The notes beneath the pieces were generated by a model. It was not told the origin of the DNA. It searched no databases and saw only the letters and a program-made list of their open reading frames with translations. A stretch of 50,015 nt of DNA from a virus. Its lineage: Duplodnaviria > Heunggongvirae > Uroviricota > Caudoviricetes. The stretch lies in IMG/VR virus record IMGVR_UViG_2917403263_000001; one strand, 5' to 3'. Shown piece by piece: positions 40,776 through 50,015 of the stretch; position 1 is the stretch's first letter, and every line of letters begins with the position of its first letter. A program made the position numbers and the translations under genes.

Positions 40776-41183
40776 ATGGATACAAGAACCCTAGGCCAGC
40801 GAGTTCTGGCACGACGAAAAGAATTACGCCTAACACAACGAGAAGCTGCACGCCTCGCTGGGGTAGCTCACGTCACAATTTCGCAATGGGAAAGAGACGA
40901 AACCCAACCAGTCGGGAAGCGGTTGTTTGCTTTAGCGGATGCGCTGAAGTGCTCGCCTACATGGCTAATGTTTGGTGACGAAGACAAGGCACCAGTACCA
41001 GCACAAGAACTTCATGTGGAAACCGAGTTAACTCCCAACCACAAAGAATTGATCGAATTATTCGATGCTCTTCCATCCTCCGAGCAGGAAGCCTTGCTGT
41101 CTGAAATGCGCGCAAGAGTAGAGAATTTCAATAAACTCTTCGAAGAAATGCTTAAAGCGCGTAAAAACAAATCAATAAAATAA
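40776..41183 (+). CDS. CI-like repressor (XRE-family HTH)
   Basis: 135 aa; HTH LRLTQREAARLAGVAHVTISQWERDE; divergent from cro-like gene; flanked by operator dyads. Confidence 0.7.
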   Translation: MDTRTLGQRVLARRKELRLTQREAARLAGVAHVTISQWERDETQPVGKRLFALADALKCSPTWLMFGDEDKAPVPAQELHVETELTPNHKELIELFDALPSSEQEALLSEMRARVENFNKLFEEMLKARKNKSIK

Positions 41184-41199
41184 CATCCTTTTCAGTTGC

Positions 41200-41274
41200 T
41201 TAGATTCTCCCACCCTTTTTGTTAGACTGATCTAACAAAAAACACTTGCCATATTTGTTAGGTTATTCTAAATT
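41200..41274. promoter_or_regulatory. Operator array downstream of the repressor gene (OL-like)
   Basis: Perfect dyad TTGTTAGA-ctga-TCTAACAA at 41219-41238; partial sites at 41200-41205 and 41255-41274. Confidence 0.5.
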
Positions 41275-41346
41275 ACTCTCCATCAAGACACCGCACGGTG
41301 TTCTCAGCAAACAGTTCCGCCACCCGGCGTTAAGGGGAGAGATAAG

Positions 41347-41481
41347 ATGGAGCATTACGAAGTAGTTCAGTATTTGATGGATTGTTGCGGTATCACTTAC
41401 AACCAAGCTGTACAGGCTCTACGCAGGAACGACTGGGATCTCTGGCAAGCTGAAGCCTCTATCCGCAGCAACAAGATGTAA
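41347..41481 (+). CDS. Small protein (44 aa), YdaG-like position
   Basis: SD ggggagag; MEHYEVVQYLMDCCGITYNQAVQALRRNDWDLWQAEASIRSNKM. Confidence 0.4.
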   Translation: MEHYEVVQYLMDCCGITYNQAVQALRRNDWDLWQAEASIRSNKM

Positions 41482-41491
41482 GGTCAGCAAA

Positions 41492-41646
41492 ATGCAAAAA
41501 ATCGACCTCGGCAACAACGAATCTCTGGTATGTGGCGTGTTCCCAAACCATGACGGCACGTTCACCGCTATGACGTATACCAAAAGCAAAACGTTTAAAA
41601 CCGAAGCTGGCGCGCGTCGATGGTTGGAGAAGCACACAGTAAGCTA
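41492..41646 (+). CDS. Small protein (51 aa), YdaF-like
   Basis: MQKIDLGNNESLVCGVFPNHDGTFTAMTYTKSKTFKTEAGARRWLEKHTVS. Confidence 0.45.
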
Positions 41647-42132
41647 ACGATTAAAACGCCTACTCCTGCTGTTCCAGAATAACTTCATAAAGTGGGAGTA
41701 TTTTTCGGTGACGAGATAATAAGAACAGTTTGCGCTATCACTCTGATGTTGAATGATGCCCTTCCGTTCTAATTTTTTCATAACCGGGTTACGGCAAGGA
41801 GAAGTGATAATAAGATTTCCTGTTTTAAGGAAATCTTTAAATACAGAGATTTCTTCCTCTGATAAACGAAGCAATACTCGTTGCTCTGGTAGCAATGAAT
41901 AATGCTTTTGAATATGCGCTCGCAATCTTGAGAAGGAAATAGCGACCACGAAAGAAAAGGCAAAAGCGATAATCTGAAAGAGCCAGGGTATTTCAGTATA
42001 AGCATTGAATGCGACAGCAAACTCTTTCGGTATCAACCAGAGAGTGAGGCCGAAAATGATAATCGTGTACATAAGTCTTTCGAGTGGCTCGTTAGCAAAA
42101 AGTTTCAACAATGGAGTAAATACATCCAACAT
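41644..42132 (-). CDS. sieB: Superinfection exclusion protein SieB
   Basis: 162 aa from MLDVFTPLLKLFANEPLERLMYTIIIFGLTLWLIPKEF; matches Rac/lambda SieB (recalled); opposite strand to neighbours as in Rac. Confidence 0.8.
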   Translation of the reverse strand: MLDVFTPLLKLFANEPLERLMYTIIIFGLTLWLIPKEFAVAFNAYTEIPWLFQIIAFAFSFVVAISFSRLRAHIQKHYSLLPEQRVLLRLSEEEISVFKDFLKTGNLIITSPCRNPVMKKLERKGIIQHQSDSANCSYYLVTEKYSHFMKLFWNSRSRRFNR

Positions 42133-42575
42133 ATCAATAACTCTCGACTGTAAGGGTATTGAAATGTTAACACAAGCTCTCGCTGTAGGGGTATAGCAGA
42201 GACCACCGAAGCCCGGAGGTGGTGAAATAAAACCGGGCGCAACACGAAGGCGCATTTCCGATATCCATAAAGAGTCGGTCTTGTCTGTTAAATTTAAATG
42301 GTTGGAGTGCGCCTCCGGTTGTGAATAACAACACTGCTGTGTGTAGTCTTGGCGGCATCAGTTTTTTCTTGAAGTTCGACTGATGTCCGCCCTTTTTAAA
42401 GTGAATTTTGTGATGCGGTGAATGCGGCTAAGCGGACGCGGCACAGTTAAAAGTCATGTTAGTCCTTATTGGTTTGGGTGGGAAAGCCGACTGTAATTGT
42501 TAACTGGTTGCAGTCACCTGGAGGCACCAGGCACCGCATCAACAAAGTTCATTTAGTAACCAGGAAGGGAATTAT

Positions 42576-42848
42576 ATGCAAGAGATAAGTTTTGAAGTAA
42601 CAGCAAAAGATGTACAGGTTAAGCCCGATTACAATCAAAAATTATGTATTGAAGTCAATGGCGTGAAGTTATCAGACCTGATTGATTCAGTTGAAGATAA
42701 CGACGCTATTATTGAAATGGTTGGAGCCGAAGAAATAGCAGAATATTTTTCAACAGAGGGGCGTCTTCATGAGCTTCTGGAAAAATTTTCATATCAGGAT
42801 ATCGCTACATTTCTGGAAATTAATGGTTATAAAGTTACCGAGGAATAA
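42576..42848 (+). CDS. Hypothetical early-left protein
   Basis: 90-aa acidic ORF with SD aggaaggg. Confidence 0.4.
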   Translation: MQEISFEVTAKDVQVKPDYNQKLCIEVNGVKLSDLIDSVEDNDAIIEMVGAEEIAEYFSTEGRLHELLEKFSYQDIATFLEINGYKVTEE

Positions 42849-42996
42849 AGTAGCTCAGGTGGCGTTATGGAACGTAATCATCTAACAGCTATCAGTGCCG
42901 CACAGAGTAAATTCGCCATCGCTGTATTTTTACAGGATGAAGAAATGTTTGAGCAGGCCATTATTCAGTTTGCAATTGCGACCGGGAGTAAAATAA

Positions 42997-43233
42997 ATGA
43001 ACACTTTGTTCGCTCTTGTCATGACCGTTTTTCTGACATCAGGCGAAACTCAGGATGTTGTTACCGGAATTTATAACTCCGAACCTGAATGCAAGGCCGC
43101 AGCTATTGAGCAAAAAGTAGCTGGCGAATGTTTCCCTGTTGAGAAATTTATCCGGCCTGTAAATGAAGAAATTCCCGCAGGCCTCACAGGAGAAAATCAT
43201 GAAAATAAAATGTGCTTACCACCTTTGCAATAA
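42997..43233 (+). CDS. Hypothetical small secreted/membrane protein
   Basis: SD gggag; N-terminal hydrophobic MNTLFALVMTVFLTSG; overlaps ORF 42867-43076, so one of the two is probably not real. Confidence 0.3.
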   Translation: MNTLFALVMTVFLTSGETQDVVTGIYNSEPECKAAAIEQKVAGECFPVEKFIRPVNEEIPAGLTGENHENKMCLPPLQ

Positions 43234-43363
43234 AGAAGTTGAAGAAAGCAAAACTATTACAAGACCACTTCATTTCATGCGTGGAGTTATCCCAACGACG
43301 GAAATGAAAAAATATTGTAGTGAAATCTGTGCCGAAAAAGACCAGATGGCACACGAACTTTAA
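43199..43363 (+). CDS. ydaE: Small zinc-ribbon protein (YdaE-like)
   Basis: MKIKCAYHLCNKEVEE..KYCSEICAEKDQMAHEL with CxxC/CxxxC pattern; SD aggag. Confidence 0.55.
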   Translation: MKIKCAYHLCNKEVEESKTITRPLHFMRGVIPTTEMKKYCSEICAEKDQMAHEL

Positions 43364-43437
43364 TTAACTGACTATTCGAAAATGAATTTATGCCAGCAAT
43401 GGCAGGGATTCGCTCAACCTTAATTAAGGAGAAAAAC

Positions 43438-43707
43438 ATGATTACCAATTATGAAGTCACTGTTGTAACTACCGATGACATTGTTCACGAGGTTAATCTG
43501 GAAGGAAAGCGTATTGGCTACGTGATTAAAACAGGAAATAAAGAAACCCCATTCACTGTGGTTGATATCGACGGTCCATCAGGCAACGTAAAAACACTTG
43601 ATGAAGGTGTCACAAAAATGTGCCTGGTTCACATCGGAAAGAATCTGCCCGCAGAAAAAAAAAGCCGGATTTCTGGCAACTCTGATTGCAATGAAATTAA
43701 ACGGTGA
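43438..43707 (+). CDS. racC: RacC-like protein
   Basis: MITNYEVTVVTTDDIVHEVNLEGKRIGYVIK; A9 run at 43655-43663 near the 3-prime end makes the last ~17 codons length-sensitive. Confidence 0.55.
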   Translation: MITNYEVTVVTTDDIVHEVNLEGKRIGYVIKTGNKETPFTVVDIDGPSGNVKTLDEGVTKMCLVHIGKNLPAEKKSRISGNSDCNEIKR

Positions 43708-43815
43708 AATCTGAAAGAAATAGCCTGCGTATGGCGCAGGCTATGAACAGTGTGTATCCGGCAAGATCATTCACTGAACAAAACGAATTTTAATCTGAGT
43801 TGAGGTTAAAAAACA

Positions 43816-46800
43816 ATGAGCACAAAACCACTTTTCCTGTTACGGAAAGCGAAAAAATCATCCGGTGAACCTGACGTCGTCCTCTGGGCAAGCGACGATT
43901 TTGAATCGACCTGTGCCACTCTGGACTACCTGCTCGTTAAGTCAGGTAAAAAACTGAGCAGCTATTTTAAACATGTTGCCACGAATTTTCCTGTCGTTAA
44001 TGACCTTCCCCCTGAAGGTGAGATCGATTTTACCTGGAGTGAACGCTATCAACTCAGCAAAGACTCCATGACCTGGGAACTAAAACCAGGAACAGCGCCA
44101 GACGACGTTCACCATCAGGAGAATGCACCGGAAACCGAAGAACCGGCGGGAGGCCAGGAAGAAAACACACGGGCAGACGCTCACGGGGATTGCCAGGATT
44201 GCGAAGTATCTGTATCTACTTTGCGGTTCACACAGCGTCTTCTGCACATTTTTACCTATGCGGCCGGGGATCGGAAATACCTGCATCATGCCACCCGAGA
44301 ACAACGCGAACACATTACTGCTCTTGAGATGGATCAGGAAAACAGCTATGTCCAGAATCTGCTGTTGGCCATACGCGGCATGGCAGAACCGACAACTCTG
44401 GATAATGCCGCCCTGCTCCGCCTGACTGATGCAATTAAGGCAGTTTTCTCTATCACGAAAAAACATCAGCCCTATGAATTTAAGAATTTCATTTCAGCCT
44501 GGCTGGATACCGAACACATTGATCGCGGTCTTCTGACAAAAGAATGGCAAAAAGGGAATCGTGTTTCACGCATCACTCGCACGGCTTCCGGTGCTAATGC
44601 TGGCGGCGGGAACCTCACCGATCGCGGCGAAGGTTTCGTCCATGATCTGACGTCACTGGCGCGCGATGTAGCCACTGGCGTACTGGCCCGTTCAATGGAC
44701 GTGGACATCTATAACCTTCATCCGGCACACGCGAAACGCATTGAGGAAATTATCGCTGAAAATAAACCGCCCTTTTCTGTTTTCCGCGACAAATTCATCA
44801 CCATGCCTGGCGGGCTGGATTATTCACGCGCCATCGTGGTTGCGTCCGTGAAAGAAGCACCAATTGGGATCGAGGTCATCCCCGCGCACGTCACTGAATA
44901 TCTGAACAAAGTACTGACTGAAACCGATCATGCCAACCCTGATCCGGAAATCGTGGATATTGCCTGCGGTCGCTCCTCTGCCCCGATGCCGCAGCGTGTA
45001 ACAGAAGAAGGAAAACAGGATGATGAAGAAAAACCACAACCAACTGGAACAACGGCAGATGAACAGGGAGAGGCTGAAACAATGGAACCGGACGCAACTG
45101 AACATCATCAGGACACGCAGCCGCTGGATGCTCAGTCACAGGTAAATTCTGTTGATGCGAAATATCAGGAACTGCGGGCAGAACTCCATGAAGCCCGGAA
45201 AAACATTCCATCAAAAAATCCTGTCGATGCCGATAAATTGCTTGCTGCATCACGTGGTGAATTTGTTGACGGAATTAGCGACCCGAACGATCCGAAATGG
45301 GTTAAGGGGATCCAGACTCGCGATTCTGTGTACCAGAACCAGCCAGAAACGGAACAAAACACGCCAGAAACTGAAAAAACCAGCCCGGATGTGAAACAAC
45401 CAGAGCCAGTAGTGCAACAGGAACCGGAGAAAGTCTGCAATGTCTGTGGCAAGACTGGCGGGGATAACTGCCCTGACTGTGGTGCGGTGATGGGCGACGC
45501 AACATACCAGGAAACATTCGATGAAGAGAATCAGGTTGAAGCTAAGGAAAAAGATCCGGTGGAAATGGAAGGCGCTGAACATCCGCACAATGAGAATGCT
45601 GGCAGCGATCCGCATCGTGATTGCAGTGATGAAACTGGTGAAGCGTCAGCTCCTGTAGCAACTGAAATCATGTGGCCGTCATATTTCGAGCCTGGCCGCT
45701 ATGAAAACCTCCCGAACGAGGTTTATCACTCCGCCAACGGAATAAGCAGCACGATGCTGAAGGATGCCCGTATCAGCCTGATGTATTACCACGGACGGCA
45801 CATTACCGGAACTATTCCGAACGAGGAAAGTGATGCACTGCTGCGTGGGCGGATCATTCACAGCTATGTTCTGGAAACGGATAAATTCGCTGATGAATAT
45901 GCCATTCCGGTACCGGTTCCTGAATATGTGGTTACTACTTCTAACGAACTGATCGCCATCATTAAAAAACACAATGCCAGTCTGCCAGCACTGATGACAC
46001 CAGAGCAGATGAAAGAGTGGATCGAAAGCTACAACAGCACTCTTATACAGCCACTGTCTGTAAGTGCCGGGGCCGAAGAAACAGGCATCCTTTACGGTTC
46101 GCTTCCGGTGGAATTTCGGCGTATTCCTGAGGGGGAAAAACACACAGCATCAGCAATGAAAGCCTGTATTAAAGAATACAACGCAAGCCTCCCTCCTCTG
46201 TTGAAAACCAGTGGAGCACGGGAGCAGCTTCTGGATCAAATTGAAACTGTAGACCCAGAACTGGCAAAAAAAGAACGTGCTAAATCTTTGCCTTACAACA
46301 TCAGTGGCACAAAAGAGCAATTAACCGAAATCGCACGGAAAATTCGCCCGGAACTGGTGACACTGGAGGACTGGCAAAAACGCCAGCAAGAAGAAAATGC
46401 CGGGAAAACGTTTATCAGTCCGGATATGTATGAACAGGCAAAAAATATTCACGCGGCACTGCAAAACAATACCGATGCAGCAAGGCTACTCAACCACCCG
46501 GATCGCAAATCTGAAATCAGCTATTTCGGGTTTGATGAAGAAACCGGGCTGGAAATCAGGGTCCGTCCTGATATCGAAATCCGGCTGCCATACGAAAGCA
46601 TTTGCGCTGACGTGAAGTCAGTCAGCCTCGGTTATGTGCGACAGGAACGACTTAAAGATCGCCTGCACCGTGAAATTATTGAGCGTGATTATCACCTCAG
46701 CGCCGCAATGTATTGCGATGTGGCAAACCTGGACAAATTTTTCTGGATCTTCGTCAACAAAGATGCTGGCTATCACTGGGTGGCAGTCGTGGAAGCCTCG

Positions 46801-46959
46801 CAGGAACTCCTGGAACTTGGTCGACAGGAATATCGCCGGACGCTACGCCAGATAAACGAAGCCCTGGAGACAAACAACTGGCCAGCACCGATTACCGAAA
46901 GTTATACCGACGAATTAAACGACTTTGATCTTCGTCGTCTTGAAGCACTGAGCATCTGA
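43816..46959 (+). CDS. recE: RecE-like exonuclease VIII with divergent, insertion-bearing C-terminal PD-(D/E)XK domain
   Basis: 1047 aa; N-terminal ~600 aa match Rac RecE (recalled: [29 protein letters not shown]); C-terminal [13 protein letters not shown] nuclease motifs; internal repeat HNASLPALM / YNASLPPLL. Confidence 0.8.
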   Translation: MSTKPLFLLRKAKKSSGEPDVVLWASDDFESTCATLDYLLVKSGKKLSSYFKHVATNFPVVNDLPPEGEIDFTWSERYQLSKDSMTWELKPGTAPDDVHHQENAPETEEPAGGQEENTRADAHGDCQDCEVSVSTLRFTQRLLHIFTYAAGDRKYLHHATREQREHITALEMDQENSYVQNLLLAIRGMAEPTTLDNAALLRLTDAIKAVFSITKKHQPYEFKNFISAWLDTEHIDRGLLTKEWQKGNRVSRITRTASGANAGGGNLTDRGEGFVHDLTSLARDVATGVLARSMDVDIYNLHPAHAKRIEEIIAENKPPFSVFRDKFITMPGGLDYSRAIVVASVKEAPIGIEVIPAHVTEYLNKVLTETDHANPDPEIVDIACGRSSAPMPQRVTEEGKQDDEEKPQPTGTTADEQGEAETMEPDATEHHQDTQPLDAQSQVNSVDAKYQELRAELHEARKNIPSKNPVDADKLLAASRGEFVDGISDPNDPKWVKGIQTRDSVYQNQPETEQNTPETEKTSPDVKQPEPVVQQEPEKVCNVCGKTGGDNCPDCGAVMGDATYQETFDEENQVEAKEKDPVEMEGAEHPHNENAGSDPHRDCSDETGEASAPVATEIMWPSYFEPGRYENLPNEVYHSANGISSTMLKDARISLMYYHGRHITGTIPNEESDALLRGRIIHSYVLETDKFADEYAIPVPVPEYVVTTSNELIAIIKKHNASLPALMTPEQMKEWIESYNSTLIQPLSVSAGAEETGILYGSLPVEFRRIPEGEKHTASAMKACIKEYNASLPPLLKTSGAREQLLDQIETVDPELAKKERAKSLPYNISGTKEQLTEIARKIRPELVTLEDWQKRQQEENAGKTFISPDMYEQAKNIHAALQNNTDAARLLNHPDRKSEISYFGFDEETGLEIRVRPDIEIRLPYESICADVKSVSLGYVRQERLKDRLHREIIERDYHLSAAMYCDVANLDKFFWIFVNKDAGYHWVAVVEASQELLELGRQEYRRTLRQINEALETNNWPAPITESYTDELNDFDLRRLEALSI

Positions 46960-46970
46960 GGAAGGACACA

Positions 46971-48023
46971 ATGAACGAATTAACTCAACAAGAAAATATT
47001 AACTCTAATGTTGCGGTTTTCAGCCCTCAGTCCCTGGCTGCAATTCAGACATTTTCCCAGGTAATGGCTTCCGGCATGGCTACTGTACCGGAACACCTCC
47101 GGGGAAATCCATCAGACTGCATGGCCATCACCATGCAGGCGATGCAGTGGCAAATGAACCCTTACGCAGTAGCTCAGAAAACTTTCGTTGTGAATGGTGT
47201 GCTCGGATATGAAGCGCAACTGGTTAATGCCGTAATCAGTACTCGTGGGCCGCTAACCGGGCGTATTGAATATGACTGGTTCGGGCCGTGGGAAAAAATT
47301 ATCGGGAAATTTGAAATCAGGAAGAGCGACAAAGGGAAAGAATATCGTGTACCTGGCTGGAAGCTGGCCGATGAAAACGGGATCGGTGTTCGTGTCCAGG
47401 CAACACTACGCGGCGAAAGTAAACCACGCGTACTGGAATTACTTCTGGCGCAGGCCAGAACACGTAACTCAACGCTATGGGCCGACGATCCTCGCCAGCA
47501 GCTTGCCTATCTGGCGCTGAAACGCTGGGCGCGCCTTTATTGCCCCGAAGTGATTCTTGGAGTGTACACCAGGGACGAACTGGACGAGCCACAGGAAAAA
47601 ATCATTAATCCGGTTCAGGAACATAAAAACACTTCCGCTTGCCGCGCGGAACGTGAAACAACAATTATTGAGCAGGATGCCGGGGAAAACTGGATCGATG
47701 CTTTCCGTGAACGTATTGAGCAGGCACAAAGCACCGGGGAAACAACAGCACTTCGCCAGGAAGTGGAAGATCATAAAAATACACTTGGCGCTCTCTATAC
47801 GGAACTTAAAGGAAAAGTGGTTCAGCGTCATCACCGTCTCAATGCTATTGCCCGTATCGAGAAGATGATAAATGACCTACCTTCTTCAGGTGATCCAGAA
47901 GCAGAACAAAAATTTACTGCTCTGGAAAATACGCTGAATGCTGCCCGGCCACATCTGGGTGAATTATATGAGGCGTATAAAACGACACTGACAGATATGA
48001 AACCAGAATATATCGGCTCCTGA
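46971..48023 (+). CDS. Putative single-strand annealing protein, divergent RecT-family, in the recT position
   Basis: 350 aa directly downstream of recE-like gene; LAYLALKRWARLYCPEV resembles the RecT-family C-terminal motif; not canonical E. coli RecT. Confidence 0.5.
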   Translation: MNELTQQENINSNVAVFSPQSLAAIQTFSQVMASGMATVPEHLRGNPSDCMAITMQAMQWQMNPYAVAQKTFVVNGVLGYEAQLVNAVISTRGPLTGRIEYDWFGPWEKIIGKFEIRKSDKGKEYRVPGWKLADENGIGVRVQATLRGESKPRVLELLLAQARTRNSTLWADDPRQQLAYLALKRWARLYCPEVILGVYTRDELDEPQEKIINPVQEHKNTSACRAERETTIIEQDAGENWIDAFRERIEQAQSTGETTALRQEVEDHKNTLGALYTELKGKVVQRHHRLNAIARIEKMINDLPSSGDPEAEQKFTALENTLNAARPHLGELYEAYKTTLTDMKPEYIGS

Positions 48024-48086
48024 TATTGACTTTGGCGGTGTAGCCTCACCGCCATCACAAAATTTTATTTTATGAGAGAAAAGACA

Positions 48087-48281
48087 ATGCGGTATGAAAA
48101 AGTCAAACCATGCCCTTTTTGTGGTTGTCCATCAGTAACGGTGAAAGCCATTTCAGGATATTACCGCGCGAAGTGTAACGGATGCGAATCCCGAACCGGC
48201 TATGGTGGAAGTGAAAAAGAAGCACTCGAACGATGGAATAAACGAACCACTGGAAATAATAATGGAGGTGTTCATGTATAA
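48087..48281 (+). CDS. ralR: Restriction alleviation protein Lar / RalR
   Basis: MRYEKVKPCPFCGCPSVTVKAISGYYRAKCNGCESRTGYGG; matches Rac Lar/RalR (recalled). Confidence 0.8.
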   Translation: MRYEKVKPCPFCGCPSVTVKAISGYYRAKCNGCESRTGYGGSEKEALERWNKRTTGNNNGGVHV

Positions 48282-48462
48282 AATTACCGCCACTATTGAA
48301 AAGGAAGGTGGCACTCCTACTAACTGGACAAGGTACTCAAAAACAAAATTAACCAAATCAGAATGCGAAAAAATGCTCTCAGGTAAAAAAGAAGCAGGCG
48401 TTTCCAGAGAGCAGAAAGTAAAACTGATAAATTTTAATTGCGAGAAAATTCAGTCCTCGTGA
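48276..48462 (+). CDS. ydaC: YdaC-like small protein
   Basis: MYKITATIEKEGGTPTNWTRYSK..; SD ggagg; overlaps ralR end. Confidence 0.55.
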
Positions 48463-48561
48463 GTTGCATTGTATTCAAATTAAAACTTCATAGCTGATTA
48501 TTAATAATCAACATCGGGCGTCAATTTCGGTCTAACATTGGCGCCTGCCAGAGGTGATGCG

Positions 48562-48777
48562 ATGGCACAAGTAATCTTTAATGAAGAGTGGATGGTTGAA
48601 TACGGCCTGATGCTTCGCACTGGTCTGGGGGCCAGACAAATTGAAGCATACCGCCAGAACTGTTGGGTGGAAGGCTTCCACTTCAAACGAGTATCTCCTT
48701 TAGGGAAGCCAGACAGTAAGCGAGGGATTATCTGGTACAACTATCCAAAGATAAATCAGTTTATCAAAGACTCATGA
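48562..48777 (+). CDS. xis: Excisionase
   Basis: [35 protein letters not shown]..; immediately upstream of int with 1-nt spacing. Confidence 0.8.
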   Translation: MAQVIFNEEWMVEYGLMLRTGLGARQIEAYRQNCWVEGFHFKRVSPLGKPDSKRGIIWYNYPKINQFIKDS

Positions 48778-48778
48778 T

Positions 48779-50015
48779 ATGTCTAAATTACCAACAGGTG
48801 TCGAGATTCGAGGTAAATACATTCGCATCTGGTTCATGTTTCGAGGAAAACGATGTCGGGAAACATTGAAAGGCTGGGAGGTTACTAACAGTAACATTAA
48901 AAAGGCCGGGAATTTAAGAGCATTGATAGTTCATGAAATCAACTCCGGTGAATTTGAGTATTTAAGACGTTTTCCCCAGTCCAGCACTGGGGCAAAAATG
49001 GTGACAACGAGGGTCATAAAAACGTTCGGGGAGCTTTGTGATATCTGGACAAAAATTAAAGAGACAGAGTTAACAACAAACACAATGAAGAAAACGAAAT
49101 CACAATTAAAAACAACTCAGGATAATAATTTGTGAGAGTACACATATATCACATATTCGTTATAGCGATATCTTAAACTACCGGAATGAACTGCTGCATG
49201 GAGAAACGCTTTACCTGGATAATCCAAGATCCAACAAAAAAGGAAGAACCGTGCGCACAGTTGATAACTATATCGCCCTGCTCTGTTCGTTGTTACGTTT
49301 TGCGTATCAGTCGGGATTTATATCAACCAAACCATTTGAAGGAGTAAAAAAATTACAGCGAAACAGAATAAAGCCTGATCCGTTATCTAAAACAGAATTC
49401 AATGCATTAATGGAAAGTGAAAAAGGACAGAGCCAGAACTTGTGGAAATTTGCCGTTTACTCCGGGCTTCGTCACGGGGAACTGGCTGCTCTGGCGTGGG
49501 AGGATGTGGATTTCGAGAAGGGAATTGTGAATGTCAGAAGAAACCTGACGATACTTGATATGTTCGGTCCCCCAAAAACAAATGCGGGGATCCGGACGGT
49601 AACACTACTACAGCCTGCTCTTGAAGCACTGAAGGAGCAATACAAACTGACCGGGCATCATCGCAAAAGCGAAATCACTTTTTATCATCGGGAGTACGGC
49701 AGAACCGAAAAGCAAAAACTGCATTTTGTTTTCATGCCCAGGATGTGTAACGGAAAACAGAAACCTTATTACTCGGTAAGCAGTTTGGGTGCGAGATGGA
49801 ATGCAGCTGTAAAACGTGCTGGTATTCGCCGCCGTAATCCGTACCATACGCGACATACTTTTGCCTGCTGGCTGTTGACGGCAGGAGCGAACCCGGCATT
49901 TATAGCCAGCCAGATGGGGCATGAAACTGCGCAGATGGTGTATGAAATTTACGGTATGTGGATTGATGACATGAACGACGAACAGGTAGCTATGTTGAAT
50001 GCGCGGTTATCGTAG
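48779..50015 (+). CDS. intR: Tyrosine integrase (IntR-like), reading frame broken as assembled
   Basis: N-terminal 118-aa ORF (MSKLPTGVEIRGKYIRIWFMFRGKRCRETLKGW) and C-terminal ORF from ~49109 (catalytic R..HxxR..Y region NPYHTRHTFACWLL..GHETAQMVYEIY) lie in different frames; shift near aaaaacaactcagg at 49098-49111. Confidence 0.8.

Overview
The window is almost entirely a lambdoid, Rac-like prophage in a single orientation, with one end at the right edge (integrase stop codon at 50015) and the tail-fiber end at the left edge. All calls come from reading the ORF translations and the DNA by eye; protein-family names are from memory, and no database search was run. On the minus strand, right to left: Cro-like/YdaT-like genes, O-like and P-like replication genes, a nin-type region carrying accessory cassettes (DUF551 paralogs, a Hok-type toxin, and a terminator-flanked two-gene cassette encoding an unknown protein plus an HTH-ImmA/IrrE metallopeptidase), antiterminator Q, tRNA-Thr and tRNA-Gly, a 1.6-kb non-coding stretch with two paralogous structured-RNA-like modules, the lysis cassette, a ParB-like/GT-A-like gene pair, terminase, head genes and lambda-like tail genes (tape measure, M, L, K, I, J, lom, stf, tfa). 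On the plus strand at the right: a CI-like repressor with operator dyads, the sieB region, and a RecE-like/RecT-family recombination module followed by ralR(lar), ydaC, xis and int. The most interesting candidates for an undescribed system are the terminator-bracketed cassette at 32232-34094, the paired RNA modules at 28200-29560 and the ParB-like/GT-A-like pair at 24016-25729. At least five genes (stf twice, M, portal, int) have broken reading frames, mostly at A/T homopolymers, so assembly error is as likely as real gene decay.
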